NCBI GenBank assembly: GCA_965113315.1
Contig: OZ220366.1
Source of the DNA: Podarcis vaucheri
Taxonomy: Eukaryota
DNA length: 64,000 bases
Direction: 5' to 3' (one strand)
Positions within the stretch are counted from its first letter, which is position 1, and every line of letters begins with the position of its first letter. The notes under the pieces were generated by a model. It had not been told where the DNA came from. It worked only from the letters and a program-made list of their open reading frames with translations, and did not search any database. Below, in pieces: positions 51,288-60,600 of this stretch. A program made the position numbers and the translations under genes.

Positions 51288-51566
51288 GTAGTAGTAGTAG
51301 TAGTAGAAGAAGAAGAAGAGGAGGAGGAGTTTGGACTTGATATCCCGCCTTTCACTCCCCTTCACTCCTCTCAAAGCGGCCAACAATCTCCTTTGCCTTC
51401 TTCCCCCACAACAAACACTCTGTGAGGTGAGTGAGGCTGAGAGACTTCAGAGAAGTGTGACTAGCCCAAGGTCACCCAGCAGTTGCGTGTGGAGGAGCGG
51501 GGAATCGAACCCGGTTCACCAGATTACGAGTCCACTGCTCTTAACCACTACACCACACTGGCTCTC
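51288..51566 (-). mobile_element. Squam3-like tRNA-derived SINE with microsatellite tail
   Basis: Minus strand starts GAGAGCCAGTGTGGTGTAGTGGTTAAGAGC, B box GGTTCGATTCCC, tail of (CTT)/(CTA) repeats. Confidence 0.82.
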
Positions 51567-51593
51567 TTTCTTTGTAGCAAAGCCTCCAAGCTT

Positions 51594-51715
51594 CATAGAA
51601 TCATAGAGTCTGAAGGGACCCCAAGGGCCATCTCGTCCAAGCCCCTGCAATGCAGGAATCTCAACTAAAGAATCCATGGCTGATGGCCATCCAACCTCTG
51701 CTTAAGAACCTCCAA
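51594..51715 (-). mobile_element. CR1 3' end fragment
   Basis: catagaatcatagagtctgaagggacccc... is the reverse complement of a CR1 tail. Confidence 0.75.
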
Positions 51716-54700
51716 TTAGAGTTATCAATAGAAACAGCGAAAAACAATGAATTGAAAGCATTTTAAAAACAAATGTACTGGTATTTAACAGAACATTTTT
51801 GCTGTAAAAATAGTCACATAGGGAGAATGGCAGTGCTGTTCTCTTTGCACCACTGAAGTGTTTAAACTTTTCTTCCTGCTTTGCTTTAAAAAAGGGAGAG
51901 CCCCTCAAGAATTATTATTTTTTTGCACTAATTTTCTTCATTAGCTATATTAACACAAGGTGTATGGACTGGTTGAGTGACTCTAGGACATGCACCTATC
52001 TTCAGCCTTACCTCAAGGGCCAAGTTCATAACATGCAATGTTTCTCTACTTGCCATTTTCAAGCATTTTAATTAAAACAGTATTAAAGAGTACGAGACAA
52101 GTCTTGAGTGCTTGCAGTGAAAATAGCTCCCTCTTCTCTTTGCTTCCTTGATGTCTGGTGGCACAAGTCCACCAGTAGCAGGATCACCATCCTAATTCTT
52201 TCAAGAGTAACAAATTCAGAAAAAACATGAAACTTAAGTATGAGCAAACCGAAACTCAAGAACTGTACTCTATCCCCAATAATAGGGATAAAGGGATAAA
52301 ACAGTGATGGCTTTATACGACAGGTGGGGAGCTTTTTTTTTTTTTAAGCCTGAGGGCCATATTCCCTCAGATGCAACCTTCTAGGGGCCGCACGCCAGTG
52401 GTGGATTGGGAAACAGGAAAAAGTGGGCAAAGCAATGAGTATGACTCTTATGTTTGTACAGTAGGCTACATTCTAGGCACAAAAAGGTCAGAGGTTTACA
52501 TGCACACAAACACACAAAACCCCTCCATCTTCCATACAAGCAAGCAAGAGAAATCATTACAGCTCAAGGAAACCTTCCGGTCAGGCACAACTCCTCAAAA
52601 GGTGTGAAGCTGGGATGGTAGGGGAGATGGCCTGGAGAAGACTCCTGAGGTTCAGACAGAGTTTTGAAGAGCTGAATTTTGGGCCCCAGCCCTGAGTTTC
52701 ACCACCCCTACTTTATATCAAAGCAACTATGTGCAGATCATTCTGTGGCCATTTACTCTCTTGCAAACAGTTTCTATCCCTGAATTCCACACATCTGACC
52801 ACACTACCACAAGCCTCAAATCCACCTCAATACCAATAAAGGGCCTGAAGTGAATAAGGTTGGAATGAGAGGGGAAAGTGACCTATGGTGAGGGAACAGA
52901 TGAGGGCCTGAACTGCGTGGCACACACAGTACATTACAGTAACTCACAACTGTAAATTGTTAAGAACAGGGAATGAGACTCGCCATCGAGCACAATCCAG
53001 TCCCTTGTATTGATGGACTGTTCACCAAGAGCACATCTGCTTATGATGATTAGCCCTCACCCAGTCCATGTGAACACACCAGGATCTAATGTTGAGAAGA
53101 AGACTTTATTTCATCAGCATACTGGCAACGCCCATGTCCAAATCTCCCAATGACCTCTCCCAGTGGTTTCATAGAAACACATAACTTTGTGGTACTTCTC
53201 AGGATTAAGAGTCATTGTGCTGAACCAGCACACCCGTCCCACTTTCTGGAACAGACCTATCAGACAGGAGTGTAACTGCTTTTAGACAGCGTCTCCAACC
53301 TTATCTAGGGCAGGCAACCCAGAAGGATACCATTGGCTGATGCTATTGAATGGTACAGAAAGGTCTAAGAGAGCCAGGAAGGATGCACTTTCCTGTTGCT
53401 CTCCCAGCAAAGGTCATTCACTAGGCTGACCCAAGCCATTGCTGCCCCCAAATCAGGCTGGGAGCTGCAATGAAATGGGTCTAAACAAATCTGTACCGTC
53501 CAGCAATGCCTTCAGTTGAACAGCCACAAGCTGCTGAAATTTTGTATCACCAAAAAGCCAAGAAGGATTAACTACTGGTTTATAGCTGGCTGAATCAACA
53601 GGTCCAGAGAAGGCCTCACTACTCCAAGGCAGCCAGAACATCTCCCTCCCTCAGTCAAAGCCTTCTAGACCCAACTAGCAATTCTCATGTACCCTGATTT
53701 CACCAGACAGGATGGGCAATGTTCAAGCAGACAGGCGACAGGCTACAACTCTCCAACCACACTGTTCTTCACTTAAAAAAAACAACAAAACTCTTCAAAA
53801 ACTGCATTTTCCCAAGATGGCAAAAAGCAGCTAAGAAAAATGACCCACAGGCAGCGAGCATTCCTGACTGCAGCTTCCAGCTTAAGAGAAAAACATAGCC
53901 AAGGCCACACTTGTGGAAGCATTCATGCAAGCAAACATCACAAGTAGCTAGGCCTAGGTTAAGGTTGCAGAATTGCACCTTCCCACCTCCCTCCTTCCTG
54001 CAGCTGGTCTTGCCTGTGGTTAAGCAGTGTCAGCAGCAATGCTAACCACACACAAGGTTTGAAACTAAGTGTTTTGGAAATGGTTAGTACATTTGGCAGC
54101 ATTGCCCCAAGTCTCTGTGCCCTCTTTACGACTCCCAGAAGATGCCCCATGCCCAGGCACCCACAACGTCTAGTCAATGCCCTTTGTTGTGGTTCTTTGG
54201 TCCTGTTGGTTGGGAATGTTGGACCACCGTGGAAAAAAAGAGGTTTGCCAACATGCTCAGCATAGAACAGCAAGTTGTTGCAGTGCTTGGGAACGGAACC
54301 CTTAATCCATAAACTATACCCTAATTCAAAGAGGCAGGCTACGGAATGCAGCCAGTCTTTTTCTCTACAAGGTGCCAATTCATTCTCATTTAACACCACC
54401 TCTCTATAGGGGCCTCCTGACAACCTATTTATTGAGTGATCACCCTGATTTGCTTGCACAGAGGTTAAACTGCTTTTAAAATTATTTTTACTGTACACAT
54501 CAGATGTATACAATATAACATAATAGTATGAGAACATTTTTCTCCTATTACAGTGGACCGCAAAATGCTTATGGTACTATAATTTCTTGAGTTCTGTTGC
54601 ATCAATATGTGACAAACATGCTCCAATTTTCAATTAAAAGGTTGTTTAGTTGCCTGCCCTTTCTCCTAACGTATTAGTTAACTTCACCATATAAACTATG

Positions 54701-56803
54701 TCCCAGATCCTTAAAATCCACTCTTCTAATGTTAATTCCCCTGCTTCCCAGTTTGCAAGAATTGTGATACCTGCTGCTCTCAAGAGGTTATTATCATTTC
54801 TTCAGATATGACTAGGTCTTTTGCATAGTCAAATAATACAATTGATGAATCTAATGGTAGTTTATATCCCCGGAAAGATCACTCACCCAGTGTCACACCC
54901 CAACAGCATTCTGGGACACTGAAAACCTGCGAGAAACATCTGCTTTAGAAAATCTGACGTAGGTAAGACATTAAAAAAGCCGTACCATCACCATAGAAAC
55001 AGAAACTAACAATTACACAATCCACATAATTAAGACAGCCACTTTTCAATAAGCATATTTGTTTCTTTTGGCAGAGTTACTTGTTTGGTGTTTGCTTAAG
55101 ATATAAAATTAGATTCCTTTGTGATCTCAAGACATCCATCCATCCAGAGTGTAATTAGAAGGCAAAGAGGCAACATTACCAGGTTGTTCTACCAGGTGTA
55201 CCTAAATTGCAGAAAGATCTCTCTATCTAAGATTGCTATCATTCTCCCTGGGCAAGTTCAGCTCTGCACATTTCCACCTGAATTTGCAACTTGGTAAAAA
55301 AGCCCTTATTTGCCAGCATTTTAGTATGAATTTCTCTCCATACAATGTTTTGATTTTTGCCTAATATACACATTTTTGCAAAGCAATTTTCTCTAATAAA
55401 GTGCATGTTTGCATGTCATTTCCACCAATATATGCATTTTTATGCACACTGAACCCTATGCATTTATGTACACATTAGGTGGCTGGAGAATTGCATTGCA
55501 AAATCTGGAGAAGTGCAAAATTCAAAGGATGGATATGATTTGTTTTGCATGTTGTTTCAGAAAGCTTGAATCAGGTAGATTTGCCTTTAAATGCAAACCA
55601 AATCAAATTTCTCCCCAACCCCTAACTGGAACATCTGCAACCATCAGTTTTCAGAACTTTGATGTATAAATCCCGACACACGAACTTAAATTGTAGACTA
55701 TTACTCAGGTTTTAAGTCCTACTGAGTTCAATAAGATTCTCATATGAACCACCTTTGCTTGCTCAGGTCTCCAATGAAGCTCTGTCTTCTGTGGCAGGCT
55801 CCTAATACAACTCTCTCCCCCCAGAGAAGTTGAATTTAACAAATTTTCATTTCTCAAGGAAAAATTTAGGTTGAATAACAGAATGCTGACTTTTCCTTCC
55901 TGTAACTCTGTACTATTATTTCTGTGTGGCCCTTTAGATTGCATTTCTATTCACTTTCATGTCATCATTGCTGGACTTTTAAACTGCCTCAAGGGTTGAG
56001 CACAGATCCAATGGTAAGTCATAAATTTAAACGTAAGTAACTTAAAATTTAAGCATGACACAACTCAGGGCAGGGGGTGTGCTATAAGGTTCTGCTGCAC
56101 TGAGAAGAAGGGGGGAGAGAAAAATACACGCATGGGTATTTCAGAATGGGGAAGTTTAGAAGCATTATAGCCGCTTTCCTTTGACTTCTCAATTCTACAG
56201 GCACGCGATGGAAGAAAAGGGAACTCGGTGGTTGTGAGCTGCTGTGCTCAGCTTGGCAGGCTTCCAGGCAAGACATGTTGACCCACCCACTCAAAGCCAG
56301 ATTTTCAGCCCAGCAAGTCAGACGACAGCATCCCTTTGCAGTTGTTTACTCCTATCCTCTGTGGAAATTAGAAGCAGAAGTCAGAGCCCAACCCCCCTCC
56401 AAAGCTTGTTTGGATAAAGAAAACCCAAAGACTGTGTATGCACCCTTTCCTTACTGGTTTGCAACCGAAAAAGATATGGTATGCATCCAAATGAAACCGG
56501 GTGCCTTGAACCACGGTGCATCCAATCACCAGGCCGCCATGTTTTTTAATAAAGGAAGAAAGTGGCGCCACTCAAACATTACCTTTTTGCTGTACATCAA
56601 ACATGGTTCAGGTGTACAGATAAAACAGGTGTAGGGAAGCTTTTTCAATACAAGGAGCACATCCCTTGTGGTGGGATGGTTTAGAGGCAAAAGCAGGCGG
56701 AACAAGGAATATAAATTTCACCTTTGTTCTGTAGGTTAGTTTCTAATACAGTCATACACTCTTCCTCCTGTCAAGCAAGTGACATTGTCAGAAATTAAGG
56801 ACA

Positions 56804-56856
56804 CAGTTGGTAGAGCATGAGACACTTAAGCTTAGGGTTGTGGGTTCGAGCCCCAC
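56804..56856 (+). mobile_element. 5' half (tRNA-Lys-CTT-like head) of a SINE split by the Gypsy insertion
   Basis: cagttggtagagcatgagacacttaagcttagggttgtgggttcgagccccac resembles tRNA-Lys(CTT) with A and B boxes; continues after the element. Confidence 0.8.
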
Positions 56857-57655
56857 TGTCAGAGCTGCTACCAGGTCCCAGCTCACATAGGACCACGCCA
56901 CACAGCGTCCACTTTAAAAGAGTCTTTATTGAGTTACAGGTTTCATTTCCGAACTGCAGCGTGCAGCTCTACACCTTCTGCTCTAGGTCGGCGAAGACCC
57001 GTCTGAGTCCCCGCCTCTTGCACACCAGCTTAATACCCTAGCCTTGCTCCACCTCCTTCGCCTCTCCCTACGTCTCTGGGTCCTTCTGCCCCCCTGGGCC
57101 TCCTCCCTTCTACTCTCCTCTGACGCTGACCCCCCTGATCCTTCTGCCTCCTTGCGGCGGGCTTTAGGACCTGGCTCACTCTCCGGGCTGCTTACTGCTC
57201 CAGCTTCCGCTGCATTTGAACTTGGCGCGCGCGCCCAACTCTCTACTTTCCTCTTAACCGTTGCCTCGCTCTCTGAGGAGGGCGTGACCACCCCTGACTC
57301 GTGCCCTCCCTCCTGCTGACAGCCTCCGGAACCCGATGCCTGGCTACCTTCCTCCCTGCTGCTCTCAGTCTTGAGCGTGGGTCCCGACTTCCAGCTGCTG
57401 CCGCCCTCAGTTATGAGCGTGGGTCCCGACTTCCAGCTGCTGCTCTCTGAATCTCCTCTGTTCCCTTCCTCCTGGGGTGTCCCCCCGGATCCCCCCCTTG
57501 CTCTGCTCACTGGGGCTCCCTTTTGGGAGTCCTCTGACTCACTGCTTAGGCTTGGAGATCTCGGGTCGTCATCATCACTCATTCTCCCTTCGGCTTCCTC
57601 CCCCTCGCTCTCTGTTTCCACCCTTCTCTGCGTCTCTGCTTCTGAACCCCTGACA
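56857..57655 (-). repeat. 3' LTR (799 bp)
   Basis: Preceded on the minus strand by a polypurine tract; AATAAA at 56930-56925. Confidence 0.97.
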
Positions 57656-60600
57656 TCCATCCCCCCCTCGAAGCCCCCCCTTCCCCCCTCCCCGCTGTCA
57701 GGTGTGGGTGCTGGGCGCTCCATCATCATGGGAGGGAATGCTGGATACAGGTCGCTCCCCGTGGGTGGCCGCCAACTGAAGACCTCCGAGTCTTCCCCCT
57801 CGCGGTCGTCGACGTGGACTTGTTGCTCTTCCATCTCTGTACCGCCGTGCTCGAACCCGAGGTCCTCCCCGAACACGTCCATGTCAGTCTCTGCGTCGGT
57901 CGCTCGACCTGGCATCTCCAGCCACTTCCTGCGCCATCGCTCCTCTGGTCGATCGTCCCACCAATACGAGTTGCCTGATGCCGAACCTGCCGGTGAACCT
58001 TCTGGGGAACGGGTGCTCCGTGCGGGTTCCCCTTCTGAGTCGAATCCATGGAACGTGCTGGAAGAAAGTGTGGGTGTGAACAACCAGTCGTCGAAGAAGC
58101 TCGCCGGCATGGGTTTGTGTGGGAAGAGGGCATGAAACTCGTCCTTGAGCAGGGGTTCCTCCAAAGCGTAGTCTGGTACCCAGCTATTGGCGCTGGCCCG
58201 GGTGCCCTCTCTGGCTAAGAGGTATTCGACTCCCTCTTCCCCCCATCTGGAGTCCAAAATCTCCGTGACCTCGTTGATGTGGTCCTGGTGCTTCACCTCC
58301 CGCGTCTCCGTCCGTTCCCGGAGCGGACTTGGCGCCGTCCCTGGCTCCTGGAACCTGTGAGGTGCCTTGTAGGGAGTGAGCACCGACCTGTGGAACACCG
58401 GATGCATTCTGGAACCCTCCGGCAGCGCCAGTCGGAAGGCTACCGGGTTGATCTGCGCTTCGACTTGGTACGGACCGATCTGCTTGTGCCCCAACTTCTT
58501 CTTGGCAAGCGACCTGGTCGGCACTGCGTGGGCTGCCAACCAGACCCAGTCTCCCACTTGGATCACTTCGCCAACCCGCCTGTGCTTGTCAGCTTGCACC
58601 TTGTAGGCGTGCTTAGCTAGCTCCAGCTGCCGTCTGAGTTGATCGTGGACCGCCTGCAGCTCTGACGCGAACGCGTCCGCCGTCTGTGGTTCTCCTTCCC
58701 CCACTCTCTCCAGTCCCGGGAAGGTTCTGGGATTCCTCCCATTGTTGGCAAAGAACGGCGTCACTCCTGTGGACACGTGCTTCGTGTTGTTGTAAGCGAA
58801 CTCGGCTAGCGGCAGGTAATCCACCCACGTCGCAGGCTGTTGATTGGCATAGCATCTCAGGTACTGCTGCATGATGGCATTGACCCTCTCTGCTTGCCCG
58901 TTGGTCTGCGGGTGTCTTGCTGATGCCAGATTGACCTTGACATGTAGAAAACCCATCAGCTTCTGCCAGAAAGACGAGATGAACTGGCGTCCGCGGTCGG
59001 ACAGGATAGACCGTGGCAGGCCATGCACTTTGAACACGTGATCTATGAACAGTTTGGCGGTTTGTTCCGCCGTGGCCACCTTCGCACACGGAATGAAATG
59101 TGCCATCTTGGTGAACAAGTCCACCACCACTAGCACAGCTGTCTTGCCTCTCGAGCTGGGTAAATCCGTCACAAAGTCCAGGGCCACCCTCTCCCACGGT
59201 TCAAACGGTGTTTGCAGCGGTTCTAACAGTCCCGCCGGTGGTCTGTGTACCGGCTTGGCCCTCTGGCAGGTGTCGCACCTCGCGACGTAGTCCGCGACCT
59301 CTCCTCTCAGCCTGGGCCACCAGAAGTCTCTCGCGACTAATTCCATCGTTTTCTCTGTGCCAAAGTGACCGGCCGTGGGTGCGTCGTGCAACTGTTGCAG
59401 TACCTTGGCGCGAAGGTCGTCTCCTGGTACATAGACAGCCCCTTTGCGTAGGAGCAAGCCGTCCCGCACCTGGAACTCGTCCGTGGTAGCCGTGCCTCTG
59501 AGCAGTTCCGCCATCTTGTCTTGCGCGAATGAGTCGTCCCGCAATGCACGTCGCACCGCATCCAGGTCTACTGTAGCTGAGGCACACGCCCACGCCGTCG
59601 GTGCGAAGATGTGCATGGCCGCCGCTGGCGTCACCTCTTCTAGGTATTGCGGTTTTCGGGACAGTGCATCCGCCATGATGTTGGTGTCGCCTGGGACGTA
59701 CTCTATTCGGAAATTGAAGTCAGCAAAGAACTCCGCCCAACGTATCTGCCTCTGGTTCAGGAACTGAGCCGTGCGCCAGTGCTCCAGATTCTTGTGGTCC
59801 GTGCAGACCTGCACCGTGTGCTTGGCGCCGATTAGGAAGTGCCTCCACGCCTTGAAAGCTGCATGAATGGCCAGCAACTCCCTGTCCCAGATGGTGTAGT
59901 TCTGCTCCGACTTGCTGAGCTTTCTGGAGTAGAACGCTCCCGGCCGCCACACCCCCTGCGGGTCTCGCTGCAGCAGGACGGCTCCCACGGCTCTGTCTGA
60001 CGCGTCTGTCTCTACCCTCAACGGTTTACTGGGGTCGATATGCAGCAGTTGCTTCTCCGATGCGAAGAGATGCTTGAGCGCTTGAAAGGACTGTTCCGCC
60101 TGCTCCGTCCAGATGAATTTCTTTTTTTTGGAGCTGAGCGTGTCCGTAATTGCTGCCGTCTGCATCGCGAACCCCTTGATAAACTTGCGATAGAAGTTGG
60201 CGAAGCCGACAAACCGCTGGACCTCCTTCCGGTTGCGCGGGCTTTTCCAATCCAATACCGCACGAACCTTGGTGCTGTCCATGGCTATCCCCTTGTCCGA
60301 CAACTTGTATCCCAGGAAATCCACCTCCGTCGTGTCGAACTGGCACTTCTCCAGCTTGGTGTACAGTCTATGTTGTTGCAACCTGCTGAGCACCTCCCTC
60401 ACGTCTCGGTCGTGAGCTTGCTGCGAGTCAGAGAAAATCAGGATGTCATCCAGGAAGCAGACGCATGTCTTGTAGAGGAGGCCCTCCAACACGTGATGCT
60501 TAAAAGCTTGAAAACAGTGAGAGCCATTTTGTAATCCAAAGGGCATAACTCTGTATTCGTAGGTGCCCAGCGGTGTGAACATGGCCGTCTTCCACTCATC

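Noticed and set aside
53959-54537. 192-aa minus-strand ORF as SESN3 exon 1
   Set aside because: No similarity to the short SESN3 N-terminus, no CpG island and no recognisable domain.
57371-58135. 254-aa plus-strand S/P/L-rich ORF (and 57044-57319, 63222-63554) as an antisense gene or env
   Set aside because: Low-complexity antisense shadow of the purine-rich Pol tail, with a non-ATG start and no signal peptide, furin site or TM pattern typical of env.
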